A stretch of DNA of 64,000 nucleotides, taken from Eledone cirrhosa. Taxonomy: Eukaryota. Positions 41,494-54,995 of this stretch are shown one piece after another; positions within the stretch are counted from its first letter, which is position 1; each line of letters opens with the position of its first letter. The position numbers were made by a program, and so were the translations under genes. The DNA is taken from positions 313,410,001 to 313,474,000 of the forward strand of contig OZ024743.1 in assembly GCA_964016885.1 (NCBI GenBank). Direction: 5' to 3'. Below the pieces are notes generated by a model. The model was not told the DNA's origin and did no database searches. It saw only the letters and a program-made list of their open reading frames with translations.

Positions 41494-42657
41494 AATGGGA
41501 TATTCATGGCTTGAATGCCCCTAATCTTGGGTTTGCCCAAGCAGAACCGACATGGTTTTAAATAACAACGAACAACTATAACAAAATAACAACAAATGAC
41601 AAGAGAAACAGCAACAATAAACAACAATTACGACAACAACGTGTTATTATTACTTGAAATGAATATCGATCTGTGTAGAATCGAATTGGTTTCTGTTGTT
41701 TTCTTAAGCTAAGAGTGTTAATCAAATGTGTTTATTTGTTTTGTTTTTGAATTTTAATAATTTGATAAAACGAAGATATCAAACTAAATTGTATAAATCA
41801 TAGTGATATTGGCAAAGAAAGCATTCATTTTACACGTTAGCCATTTTGTAATATCTCTCTCAGTTTAATCATTCTCTCTCTCTCTATATTTTTCTCTTGC
41901 TGTTTAACTGTCTTAGTATCTCGGGCATTCTCCCTCTTTATCTCTCTATGTCTCTCTACATATCTGTCCTTCAGTTCCTACCTTTGTCGCTCTTTCGTTC
42001 TCTTTCTCTGTTTGTCCATCTCCCTCTCTCTCTCTCTCTATCTGGTTCTCTCTCCCTCTCTCTGGTTCTCTCTTTGTCTTTCTCTCCCCACTCACTGTCT
42101 CTCTTAACTTCGCTTTCTCTGTCCCTCATTCCTCTGCCTGTCTTTATCTCTCTTTCGTTCTCTTTCTCTGTTTGTCCATCTCTTTCTCTCTCTGTCTCTC
42201 TCTCTCTCTTACTCTCTCTCTATGGTTCTCTCTCTGTCTTTCTCTCCCCACTCTGTCTCTTTTTGCTTCACTTTCTCTGTCCCTCTTATTTCTTTGTATT
42301 ATTTCACAAGAGTAGTTATCAATTATTTAAAAGATTTCTCATGTACAAAATAATATAGTCTTATATTGTTTCTATGTTTCTTACTTTATTTCTCATTTTT
42401 CAATCAAAATAGATATCGTAATGTTATTTTGCGTTCAGTTTTATAAATTTCAGATATTCTCTACAAAGAATTGACTAAAACATTTACATTGTTCATTCTA
42501 ATCATACAGAATCAACTGACTGTGTTGAATACATTTTAGGTGGTGCTTTTGTTTCCCATCTAATATTCAAATTTAAATTTTGAAATACCAACACACCCTC
42601 ACTCACACACATACACATACACACAGAACCCACCATATATATATATACCACAAAAAT

Positions 42658-42760
<103 letters not shown>

Positions 42761-43015
42761 TAATGAACTCCGTAATAGCACCACCAACTACAAAAACAAA
42801 GACGGTTGAACTGCTTTACGTTGAGTACTCTCTATATTATTGCATTACGATTGACCATACGGAATAGACCAGCTCTATACAGTGGTGAACCTCAAACCTG
42901 AATAAATATATATATATATATGTAGATATACCTACTCTATCTATATCTATACCTATGTATCTATCTAGCTATCTTTCTCTCTCTCTATACATATATAAAT
43001 ATATATATATATACA

Positions 43016-43063
<48 letters not shown>

Positions 43064-43719
43064 CAGAAAGAGGGAGAGAGAGAGGAAAAAGAGAGAGAGG
43101 GAGAGCGAGACAGAGAGACCCAATGATGGAGTTTGTTAGAAATAACAGATTAATCTACTTCAAACCCCACACTCTGGTTTTGAAAATAACATATAATGGT
43201 TTCTAATTTAGCTACAATGCAAGCAATGTTTAAAGAAAGTAAAGTTGATTAAATCAATCCCAGTACTCGACATGATTGAATGGTTAAAAAATTCGCTTTG
43301 CACCTTCGTAGTTTTAAGTTCCAACGCAATGAGGGCCACTTTATTCAAGTGTCTTCTAGATTGACCAAAACTTTGTCAGTGATATTTGAGAAACCGAAAT
43401 GTATTGAAACCCGCCAAGAGGGCTTTTCGTTTTCTTGGATAGTAGAAATGATTCATCACTTGTTATGAGAAAATATACATCTATAGCTTCAATCCCATCA
43501 TTGAGTGTGATGTGCTTCGTTTCGTTTTTAATTAATTAATTTTATTTTTTAGTTCCGTAACTCGTGATAGAGTCGAAGGGGTGCCATATTGAAATACGGC
43601 CTTTCTTGGGCATTTTAAGTCTGGCGCAGCTCATCCCTCACCAGGCCTGAGTACAGCAGATTTCTTCCAGAGAAAGATAGAAAGTAAGAGAAAGGAGACG
43701 AGAAAGAGATATAGAGAAA

Positions 43720-43880
43720 GAATCGACCCCAGTACTAGATTGGTGCTTTTTTAATCGACCTCGAAAGGATGAAAGGCAAAGTTGACCTCGGCGGAATTTA
43801 AACTCAGAGAGCAAAAGGCTGGAACGAATACCATAAAGCATTCTATCCGACGTTCTGACGACTCTGCCAATTCGCCGCCT
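43720..43880 (-). mobile_element. tRNA-derived SINE
   Basis: atcgaccccagtac...tcgacctcgaaaggatgaaaggcaaagttgacctcggcggaatttaaactcag. Confidence 0.8.
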
Positions 43881-44184
43881 CTCGTTTCGCTATACTAATC
43901 TCTAAATGCACATAGTTGTAAACTATTGGTCTATGCTTGTTATAACGGAGAGCGCTGCCTTGCTGAACCCAGTCCTCTTGCACAAATATTACTGAAATAT
44001 ATACTTCACACTTTTGGTTATTATTATACGGCTTCAACCTGGATTAAATCTTTTTAAAAAACGAAAAATAACCAAAACAGCAACAGTAACAAAACAAACA
44101 ATCAAAACGGAATAAAAAAAAAATATATATAAAAAAAATAAAAACGATTCTTTTCAAACGATGTATCTTTCAATATTTGTTGCA

Positions 44185-44840
44185 GGTTGGTGGATTGGTA
44201 GAATTGGTAGATAAAATGCCATGTTCTAGCTTTCTACATTCTGAGTTTAAATTCCACCAAAACCCACTGTCTTTCATCCTTACGGGTTTGCTAAAATAAT
44301 TTACCAGTGGCATAGATTTATTCAAATTTGTTTCATTCCCACCACCCGCAAATGTGCTAGTCTTGTACCTAACGTAGAAATCAATGTGTTTTGTTGCAGA
44401 GGGATGACTTAGTAGCTCCGCCGAGGGCAGTTTTGCTTTCATTCTTCAGTTAAGTATTCATTTAATCGATTTCCCCTCCCCAAAATTTCTAGATTTGTGC
44501 CTAAAGTAGAAATCAATATGTTTTTCGTTGCAGAATTAGTAGAGTGTCGGATTAAATTTCTTTGCAGTATTTGTGTTGAGTTCAAATTTAGAATTCAAAT
44601 CCCACCGATGTCTGTTTTGCTTTCCATCCTTCAGTTAAAGTATTGGAGCATTTATTTAATGGATTTCTCCCTGCCCCAAATTGCTGGACTGCTGCTTAAA
44701 TTCAAAATATTTTATACTGACATTACAAAAGCTTTACATATTTTGGCTACAGAAAAATAGGTGCTATTTAAGCGTGAGGTCAAATTTCACTGTCAAGAAA
44801 ATTTCTGGATTTATACCTAAATTACAAATCAATTTGTCAT
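44185..44840 (+). mobile_element. Cluster of several degenerate SINE fragments
   Basis: Repeated ctttcatcctt/ttttgctttc and gcctaaagtagaaatcaat segments at about 44270, 44430 and 44615. Confidence 0.55.
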
Positions 44841-46282
44841 GTGTTTCGATGGCAAGGAGGCTCTTAGCCCCTTGCTGCCCCAAATGCAATGAAATAGTGA
44901 CGAGGTCGCTGGAAATATGTAAGCAGCGACACCATAGCTCACAAAGTGTCTTTCTGCAATTGAGTGTTAACTTAATATAGTAGAGAAGCAGCATTGTAGA
45001 CATTTAATTTGGCTCAAGAGAACACAACTGATAGCTTAGTACTGAGACATTCAAACTATGATATTTATATATTCAAAACCATACACACATATAATCTGAG
45101 TTATATATATTCAATAACACACATATATACATATATCTATATACACACAGACAGACACAATGTTGCCTAGATATATAGGGTCTAAATTATTTATATTCAG
45201 TAATGAATACACATAATATGAACACAAACACACATATACCCCCCCCCCCCGCACACAGAGAAACGCAAACGCCAACAGATGGAATCTAAACTATTTGTAT
45301 TCAGATACACACACACTCACATGTATAGTCTAAGCTATTTATATGTTCAAAAACACACATACACACACAAACACAGACATAATCTAATCTCTATATCTTC
45401 AGTAACACGCACACACACAGTCACGGACACATAGAGAAATACAAACAGCAACACGTACTTTAACTATTTATATATTCAACACACACACACTGATACACAC
45501 ACACATACACAGGCACACACACACATATTTTCATGTTTTACTATCCATTTCATATTTATTTCAATTTTCAAAGGACACCATTTGTCCGTATCCAGTACAC
45601 AGTTGGATATCGTCCTACTTATTTATTCTCATATGCATTAGACAGAACAATATCAGCGTTTGAAGTAATAATGTCCGTTAAATTTACGGTTAAAAGCTCC
45701 TTTTACAAGATTGATTCTATGAACGGCCCAGTGGTTAGGGGGTCTTTGTAAGTTTTGACCGTTAATATTTGGTCGAAAAACCGTTCCACGAGTATCATTG
45801 ACAGTGGCAACCTAGTCTTTCAGGTACGTTGTCAGTTTCAACTGAAGAATGAGTCCTGTAAAGTGTAATGGCTTGTGTAACTAGTATTCATGGCTGTTCT
45901 CCGTGGCAATGCTTTTGCCATCTTGCATGCGGGCCAGAGCTGGGATGTACAGTTCAGCCAAAGATGTAAAGTTTCTCTTCATTTCCCTTTCTTTTTCCGT
46001 TTTCTTTTTTCTTTATCATTATCATATTGTAAATAATACAATTTTCGAACAGAACATAGAATAAGTCCAATAGTCAGGTATCCATCCATTTACGAAACCT
46101 CTGCTCTCTCTCCTACTTCGAACCATTCGTTGACGAGATTTATACTCCATTGGCGTCTTCTATTCTCACAGAAATCATGCATACAAATATATATGTGAAT
46201 CACCGTCAATTTTGATGGCACGGGCTCACTTACCAGAGAAGGATAGAAAAAGAATGGAAGTGGGAAAGAGATATAGAGGAAG

Positions 46283-46420
46283 AATCGACCCCAATCGACT
46301 AGTAATTTTTATCGACCTTGAATGGATGAAAGGAAAATTTGACCTCAGCAGGATTTGAACTTAGAGCGCAGATAGCCGGAGCGAATACCACAAAGCCTTC
46401 TATCTGCCAATCCACTGCCT
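46283..46420 (-). mobile_element. tRNA-derived SINE fragment
   Basis: atcgacccc...tttatcgaccttgaatggatgaaagg...ggatttgaacttag. Confidence 0.7.
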
Positions 46421-47160
46421 TAAGTAAGTACATAATAAATGAAAGCAAAGAATGCGCCTTCATATATTTTTGTATAACTACAATGACATTTCCTCTGAGC
46501 CAGACATATGTTTGCAATAATAAAATCATATATGTTACTTTCTTTTCAATAATAATTTTTTTTTGCAAGATATTACATACTTCAATATTCTTTATACATT
46601 GAGAATTGTGTTAAGATGCCCAGAATACATATTTATTGCCTGTGGTATTTCAGTCTATCTAGATTCTAAATTTTACAGCTTCACTAAATTCGTTTAATAT
46701 TTTCATTTATTGTTTTGGCAACGTTTCGCGATCATACTTAGATTCTATTTCCTCTGAGTAATATACCCACACGTTTTACTTGCTAGATCTAAAAGAAGTG
46801 GTAGTTTCATGGCCTTCAAATGTTCTCTGTGGCTGGATAGATTAATGTGTTAAGTTTCACCGGAGACGCGGCTCAAATGCTTGTAACAGACTGATTTCGA
46901 CTAAAGGGATTAACGGGTCAGGTGGTGGTCAAAAACCGATCGATCAATTACATCTACTACCCAAATAGGTGACAACGGAATTTTAAACTGGGAATGAATG
47001 TACCAGAACAAATACTGCAACACTTCTCACCTGGCACTCTAAGAGTTCCACCAACCCTCCGCTTTGATATTTTATCGAATGGTTATATGTAAAGTTGACC
47101 TCGGTCAGATTTGAACTAAGAACTCAGAAAGATAGAATAGATACCGGGAGTTACTTTGTC

Positions 47161-47870
47161 ATACACCTACTTGACACATGATGGCGGATTCATCTAGTTG
47201 GTATAGACTTGGCTCAGAATAATAGGAGCCTGGGTTCAATTCTCAGACCGGGCAGGACTATCATGTACCTAATTGACTCATGACGGTGGGTTTATCCAGT
47301 GAGTAGAGTTGGACCCAGAATAGTAGGAGCCTGGGTTCGATTTTCAGACTGGATATCATTTTGGCATACACCTAATTCATTCATGAAGGTGGTTTTATCT
47401 AGTGGGTATAGAGTTTGGCTGAGAATAATAGGAGTCTGGGTTCGATTCTCAGACTGGGAGACACGTTATGTCCTTAAGTAAGATATCTCACTTCACATTG
47501 TTCCAGACTACTCAGCTAGACAGAAATAAGTACCATTAGCAGCAGCCAGGAGTTAAATTTGCGACCAATTGGCTCCCAATCCCTGGGGAGAAATTTGTAT
47601 TAGGTATCGCTTAATGCCAAATGAAGCTGGGGTAAACCCAAGTCTCAGGAGTTTATAGGCTTGAGACGTACTCATAAGTTTGAATTATATTCCGATATAA
47701 ATACTTTATTTCACCTTGCTCTCGTCTACTCTGCTGATTAGAAAGGATTACCAGAAGCAGCAATTGGGGAGTTAATTCTGGAACGCACTAGCATCTTAAT
47801 TAGTCATTTAATATCAATAAAATCAGGATAATCTCCAACCTGATGAGCCTCTGGGGTTGGGAAAGACTTT
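47161..47870 (+). mobile_element. SINE with triplicated tRNA-like head and duplicated body
   Basis: Three ~103 bp units at 47161, 47263 and 47366, each with taggagcctgggttc(a/g)att(c/t)tcagac; body segments at about 47485-47670 and 47700-47870. Confidence 0.7.
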
Positions 47871-48587
47871 ATCATTGATTTCATGACTCACCACCTAGAA
47901 ATTGAAGCTACAGAATATATTGATATAGAAATGTATAACTTAAAACTGGCATGAAGAAGGAACACTTCAAATGACATATATACATACGCACAGACTCACA
48001 CACACACACACATATATATATAAATATATATATATCCTTGGCGTAATAATTTCTTATTTTATATATATATAGACACAGACACACATATGCACATATTTAT
48101 GCATGCGCGCGCGCGTGTGTCTATCTCGCATGAAAGAATGAAAGGATTTCAACTGAGAACGCAGAAAAATAGTGAACTACAGCAAGGTATTTTCTCTCTA
48201 CTTTAGTACCTCGACGCCAATTCACCGCCAGGAATTTGAAGCAATTGAAAATCATTGATTATTAATCTAAAACGTGTAAATTATAATTGAAATTAATAAC
48301 AGTTCAAAAGTGACAGGTCAGTGATAACTGCTATGAAATTAATACCATAAAATCTCGAACGGAAGCCATTAAAATTAGTTACAATATGTGAATGAAATTT
48401 GAAATATTGGATGATATTTTTTTTGTAATTAGAATTGATATGATTTCATATTCGGATTACCGGAAGTCTTCATTAAAATTCAATGTTGTCAGGAGAATTA
48501 ATCATAATTTCCTCCTCGCAAACGGTTGTATACAGGATACGAGAGACATCTTACAAACGAATAAATAATACGGAGTGATATATCATA

Positions 48588-48922
48588 GTTCCCCCTCGGT
48601 CACGAATGACCATGCTTTTGCACCTATTATGTTCCCTTCCTAGGCACATGCCTGGGCAAGGTGTATTTATGGGAGTCTAGTTGTCGCCCATGCATGCCAG
48701 CTTCCTCTCTCCGCATCACCAATGTTGTCCAACGGAAATTCTATGTCCGATACAGCTTGGCACCAGTGACGTCGCAACTCATTTCTACAGCTGAGTGAAC
48801 TGGAGCGACGTGGAATAAAGTGTTTTGCTCAAGAACACAACACACCGCCCGATCAGGGATTTGAACTTAAAACCTTATGATTGTGAGCTCAACACACTAA
48901 CCACTAAGCCACACGTTTTCGC
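48588..48922 (-). mobile_element. tRNA-headed CORE-type SINE
   Basis: Head at about 48850-48920; CORE-like gtgttcttgagcaa.acactttattccac on the minus strand. Confidence 0.75.
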
Positions 48923-49400
48923 ATGGAGTAATATGATAATAAAAACATCCGGAATATATAAGTACATATGCATTATTTCTATATTTAAATCATTTAATCT
49001 AACAGGTATACTTTCTAGTGTTTCTAGAGTTTATCATACATAAAGTAAGGTTACATACACTTACACATACAACAGACATCCACTTACACATGCACAGAGA
49101 CTCGGCATCTGTCCATCCATCCATATAGCTATCCATGGGTCCTTAACTTCTATTGGTGTCTTGAACATACAACTAGAAAGTGCCAACCCCTCTCTAGATC
49201 TGTTCAAAGCTCGTGTCCCCCAGAGAGAAAGGGATCATGACTGGGAGAGAAAGGGAAAGAGAGAGAAATAGAGAGAGTAAGAAAGAGAAAGGGAGAGAGA
49301 AATAGAGAGTGAGAAATGGAAATAGAGAGAGAAATAGAGAGAGAGAGAGCAACATGGAAAGTGAGAAAGAGAAATAGAGAAGGTAAAATAGAAAGAAAGT

Positions 49401-49444
<44 letters not shown>

Positions 49445-49454
49445 GAAAGAGAAT

Positions 49455-49590
49455 CGAGTCTAGAATTGGACTGGTAATTAATTTATTAATCTCGAAAGGA
49501 TGAAATGCAAAGTGGATCTCGGCGGAATTTGAACTCAGACTTCAGAAAACCGGAACAAATACCGTGAAGCATTCTATACGACATTCTAAA
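49455..49590 (-). mobile_element. tRNA-derived SINE fragment after (GA)n
   Basis: cgaaaggatgaaatgcaaagtggatctcggcggaatttgaactcag. Confidence 0.75.
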
Positions 49591-49639
49591 GTGACTTCCG
49601 AGTCATAGCCTATAAAATACATACATACATACATACATA

Positions 49640-51040
49640 CAAGTCTGATAATAAACATTCGCCTGGTTACGGAGTTCTCGAAAGATATAGGAATGGAGAT
49701 TGAGCAGAACAAATGTTTCTATAGGATTTTAAAGCGAGGATTATCTCTATCAATGGCCTAGATCTTTCATCGGTATCTGACGAGGACTGCTACAGGTACT
49801 TAAGAATAGATGAAAATATATCTTATGATGGAATTTCTAATAAAGAACAAATAACCAGGAAATATAACACCCGAATAGAAAAATATGTTCCCCTGAGCTC
49901 TGCTCACAATAAATATTTGCTGTGCCTCTGCTGATACCAACATTTGGACTAATTAACTGGATGCAAGATGAGATCCGAGCCATTGTCATTAAAACCCGAA
50001 AGGTTCTAACCGGCACCAGAAATGTTCACAACAACAGTAACATAGACCACCTTTATCTAAAACGTAAAAAAGGGGCAAAAGTTTTACATAAATCTAAACA
50101 GCATTTGAATGTTGCATTATGTCCTCCGACTAGCTCATCTTTAGAATATGTCTTTCTACACGAGGCAGATAACATCATGAGAGTTGGGAAGGAGCTCCTT
50201 GAGAAATACTCCATGCATATAACCAAAACCTCACACCCAAAGAAATTGCTCAGTAATACCGCAAATAGCCATGGGTGAAATCTGTATGCTTATCGGAAAA
50301 CTCATGCATGGCTATGTTGCCCGAAAGCTTCAAAGTGAGAGTAATAAAGATAAGCAAAGTAGTCTCTCTTGAACAAACAACCATTATAGTAGCTCTCATT
50401 TTGAAGGATATGCTTTTGTAATCCAAGAAGAGATAGGGATGGAGATAAAACAGTTAAATGTGACAATAAATGCAGACTCTGCGGAATAAAGATCGAGCAT
50501 GTCTCCTACGCCAGAAGCAGCTGTCAAAAGGTGTCATTACAACACTATCTACCTATGAGGCACGATGTAGTCACCAAAACACTATGCAATGCAGTCTGTA
50601 GAAGAGATAATCCTGAAAATAAGCATAAAAAGTTGCAGTGATGTGGAGGATATTTGCATACATAACATGAAACTGTACTGGTGGAATGTTCCAGTCAAAA
50701 CCAAAATAAAATGCAAACAAAACAGACAAGACATAGTGATATGGGAGAGAGAAAAGAAGATATGCGTAGTTGTGGAAATGAACAGCCCAGCATATGCCGA
50801 TATAATGCTAAGGATTAGCAAAACAGAAAACATTAATGCTGAACAAATGAGGCTATACTTCTTGATTTGTACTTGTGATTTTGGGGGCGCTGGGATATGT
50901 TACAAACTTCACCAGGACAAATTCTGAGAAGCTGGGCTTCACAAAACTAGAAAGGTCAAGGCTAGTTAGGAGGTTGCAAGTAAAGGCCATTAATGGAACT
51001 GTAAAAATATGTTAAATATTTCAGAAATTCACCATGTAGT
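49640..51040 (+). mobile_element. Decayed R4/Dong-like LINE 3' half (RT end, CCHC, restriction-like endonuclease)
   Basis: Remnants FSKDIGME, YRYL, HLYLKRKKG, CRLCGIKIEHV...C, RHDVV and NRQDIVIW...VVE. Confidence 0.75.
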
Positions 51041-51244
51041 AGCCGCATATTACAAATACGGAAACATGCACCTGTACACGTATAACTCAAAACATACATG
51101 CATTAACACCCATACCTATACGCACACACATACACATATGAGTTTCCCTAGTTGATGTCTAAATCCCAATGAAAGAGTCTTGTTTCTATGTTAGAGACCC
51201 ATTCTCTCTCTATTGGGGAAAATTTATAAAATATGCTTTCCGAT

Positions 51245-51420
51245 TTAGGCCCAAGGCCAACAACTTTTTTGGGGAAAGAGAAATTCGATTAAACCGACTC
51301 CAGTGCATGACTGGTATTTTATTTTATCGACCCCGTAAGGATGAAAGATAAAGCTAACCTCAGCCGGATTTGCAATCAGAACGCAAAGAGTCGTAACTCT
51401 ATGCTAGGAAGCATGTTGTC
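51245..51420 (-). mobile_element. tRNA-derived SINE
   Basis: ccagtgcatgactggtattttattttatcgaccccgtaaggatgaaag...tcgtaactctatgc. Confidence 0.8.
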
Positions 51421-51824
51421 AGGTATGTCATATCAAGCGATACCTGTGCTTGAAGTTTTTTAAGTGGGGCCAATACCACTCTCTGAATATCGAATGCATT
51501 TGCCTCAAAAGAAGAACTGGTCTACATCAAACGAATTCGCAGGTATTGTATCAGAGTGACCTCCTAGAGAGATGTCTTAATGAAGGCTCTCACTCCACAG
51601 AAAATTTTTTTTTTATTAAATGGCCGTTGACTTTCCTGAGTTCCTCCGCCCTTTGACGGGTTTTGTTTCTCATCCCACAGGGTGTCCAAAATTCCCCTCC
51701 TCATCAAGTAAGCTTGGTGGTGTTGCCGGTTCAGTCGCTGACTACCCGTCCATGCACAGGTTGTACTGGGTAACATGTTACCAGTAGCACTCAAGAGTGA
51801 CCTGACACAACCATGTATATGTAC

Positions 51825-52240
51825 ATTCATACATACATGATGGCTGCAAATTCACGCTAAGCATATTGTAATTGCTTGTCAAATTCATGTGTGACGCTCG
51901 GATATGGCTTTCAAGCCTGCTAGAGACTTGCACTTCCTGGCACATTGATGACAACTATGGCTATTCTTGGCATGAGGTCTTGCATTAGGTTGTCTGTGAA
52001 CCTTTACATAGCGCTTCAGTTCTGGTACAAAGCCACATTCATTACATCTTGAAATAACGTGGAGATCATAGTTCACTGGTTCTCTCTGAACATGGCTGCG
52101 ACTGTGGCTATTGAGGCCAGATTTGCTCAAGCACACCATTTCACACTCAGGGTATACCAATTCATTGGAGACACGAACACATTGCCTACGCATATGCCGT
52201 TTGATCTTGTCTTGCCCTATGATTATGGACCCAATCATTC
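51825..52240 (-). mobile_element. RTE/BovB-like LINE 3' end with C2H2 zinc-finger remnants and (ATGT)n tail
   Basis: ORF 51885-52238 contains ECEMVCLSKSGLNSHSRSH, CNECG and CHQCARKCKSLAGLK; ends in gcagccatc followed by (atgt)n. The adjacent 51425-51810 may be a 5' UTR of a related element. Confidence 0.6.
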
Positions 52241-52419
52241 ACTATTCCACGCCATACATACATATATATATATGTATACGTAAAAAAAAAATTCGAATGT
52301 TATTATTAATATTCTAAAAACTCAGATTACATTTATTGTATTCAGCCATGTAGAGCGAAAATATTTTTTTTATTTGAATGTGGCAAAGTCGGCCATTTAT
52401 CGCTCGTATACAGGAAACT

Positions 52420-52525
52420 GACAGGCCAGTCTGCTGATATGCAAATCTGGCTGACCAGTGGATCTGCTAATATGCAGATCTGATTGATCAGCCAGTCTGC
52501 TAATATGCAAATCAGGCCGATCAGT
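52420..52525 (+). promoter_or_regulatory. Three 33 bp repeats, each with an octamer-type motif
   Basis: ATGCAAAT at 52439-52446, ATGCAGAT at 52472-52479 and ATGCAAAT at 52505-52512, each in a tctgct(g/a)at context. Function is inferred only. Confidence 0.5.
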
Positions 52526-52588
52526 CACTGTATATTTTGGAAAATAGCATATATTTTCATTAGCTCTGACAGTTGGCAGGTGAAAAGT

Positions 52589-52639
52589 GAGCTGTACTGA
52601 TGACGGGGTGATACCCAGAAACACTAGTGTCTGCAGTTC
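52589..52639 (+). ncRNA. Type I hammerhead ribozyme
   Basis: Stem I GAGCTGTA/TGCAGTTC (8 bp, two G-U pairs); CTGATGA at 52597-52603; stem II GGG gtgata CCC with a C-A mismatch at the base; GAAA at 52618-52621; palindromic ACACTAGTGT; GTC cleavage site at 52629-52631. Confidence 0.88.
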
Positions 52640-52842
52640 TGTTTACATGCCAAAAAAAAAGAGCAGGAATGAAGGGTTCATTCTATTGACATGGCTTTAA
52701 AAATGAGGTTTGTTTGCATAATTGCAAACGAATCGAATGTTATTATTAATATTCAAAAAACTCAGATTACATAAATATACATACACACGTACATGTATCG
52801 CTCCATCCATTAATCCATGCATACATTCATTCTTCGATCCAT

Positions 52843-52937
<95 letters not shown>

Positions 52938-53929
52938 AATCGTTTAACTATACGTAAATTATTTAATTGTTTAAGGAGTCTACATTTATGTGAGATCTAG
53001 AAATCATTTAGAGGTTATTCAATTTCGAGAAGGGTAATTGTCATTGCTATTTTTGTTGTTACTTAATCACAGGTATGTCCTGATTGAGAAATCTTACGTA
53101 TAATCAATAGTATTCCTTTTTTATATTTAGAATCTATAAATCGAAGCTAAAGCTGCAATAGAGCAGTCGAATTATTTGAGGTAGACCCAAAGCACTCAAT
53201 GGCGCGATAAGTTAATACATTTTGCGACTAGAATAAACACATATATATAAGGGTTACACAATGTATATATCGTCTAGGTGTATGTAGCCATAGTATACAA
53301 CTACAACAGTGACGAATACCAACAGGTAAAAGAAGCAGGAAAATTACAATAAAGACTTGAAGATGCTTCAAATGTTTTATTTTTATATACATGTAACGTT
53401 TCTAATTCACAACGTAAAATATATTTATCTGAAGCAAAAATAGTTTTTTTGTGTGTTTTAAAGATATAGGTAGGTTATCAGAAATGGTCCTGATTATTGA
53501 AATACTTTTTGTACTTAACCGTTTTCGCTAAGTATCTTTTCAAAAGATTCATTTTGGCTTGTGTTGGATATATATATATATTTTCACATGTTGAAATTCT
53601 GTCCTATACCTATTATTCTTTTATCGCTTATGTATATTCTTGAAATAGAACGCTGTCTTCTCTAATATTTATGAATATTTCATCGTATTTCTATTAAACT
53701 TTCCTAACGCCGGAATTTGTGCCCTTCCAACATTATGTTGGCTGCTGGCAAATGAATATTATATATTTTTATTCTCTGTTAATCTATCTATATATATATA
53801 TAAAACAGAAGATGTATGTCTGTCTGTGTAACCGCATGCATTTCTACATTTTACAAGCGATTTGCACTAAATTTCATACATAGGTTTCGGAGGTCCTATT
53901 ACGCGTCGTAGGCTATTTTATTTTTCCAT

Positions 53930-54995
53930 ACATCGATTGTGCCCCAACCGGAGCAGATAACCCCCTTAAGCTTCTCGCTTGGAGTCAGCAGTACTACTGC
54001 ATAAAGGCCCCATAATTCCTGCAGTTTGCCTCCCATCTTCACCAAAATTAATCTTTTGTTTGCTCATAGCCTACAAATAAATTTGTAGGCATGCACTTGC
54101 GCAGAAATTCAAGTAGGAGACCCCTTGGTGGGCAGTAAACCGACTTGATGAATGTTGAAGTTGATATCATCAATGCGACAAAACGTCATAACTGCTTGAG
54201 TTGGTGTTTGGTTTTCACGAAGCGAGACGTATTGGTTACCCATGGCTTATAAAGGAAGATGAACATTTGAACTTTTACTTGAACTTATCAAAGGGACCTC
54301 GGGGTGTGTGTGGGGGTGTGTTGGGTGTGTGTGTGTGTGGGGGGGGGGGGAGTAAGCCCTTCGACTTATCTATTGAAGTTCACATTAACACTGTATTAGT
54401 ACCTGATAACTTTTGAAGTTTACGTTTACCGGACACATTGGTTACCCATTGCCTAAAGATGATGTTGAAGACACTGTCTATACCCGGAACAAGCAAGGGA
54501 ACCCCCAGGGGGCAGTAAGCCCCGGCGAGTCATTTATTGAATTTGGTTATTGTAATGCACAAAGCCTCATAGCTTCGATAATTTGTAGTCCAACAAAATT
54601 AATTTCGACTTAATTGTTATTCATGTACTACAGATGAAGATACAGTGAGGCACATTTACTTTCATTTCAATTCAGCAAGAGGACCCCCTCGGGGACAATG
54701 AGCCCAATTCATTAACCTATAAAAATTCAAATTGCCACAATAAAAAGCACCATAACCTCGGGAGTTTATACTTGATTATTACAAAAACTAAACGAAATGG
54801 TTATTGCCTGCCATAAGATGAAGCACCACACCTTCGTTATCACTTGAATTTTGCAAGGGAACCCCCTATGGAGGGCAATAAGCCCCCTTGGATCACTTTT
54901 AAAGTTCATATTATGGTCGCAGCAAAGCATTTCAACTTCTGGAAATAAAAGTCAATTTAAATGAAAGTTGACGTATCGTTTACTCATGTGCTACA
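53930..54995 (+). repeat. Diverged ~180 bp tandem array in the Helitron 5' region
   Basis: Motif caag(g)..gacccc...gg(g)ca(g/a)taagccc recurs at about 54110, 54290, 54494, 54676 and 54855. Confidence 0.6.

Larger units (their letters stand above)
52293..52772 (+). mobile_element. Retrozyme-like unit: 440 bp monomer with 40 bp terminal redundancy
   Basis: 52293-52332 is repeated at 52733-52772 (one mismatch); internal hammerhead and three 33 bp repeats; flanked by TA/CA-rich tracts. Confidence 0.78.

Noticed and set aside
47840-47870. CTGATGA...GAAA motif
   Set aside because: Stems I and III do not form; part of a SINE 3' region.
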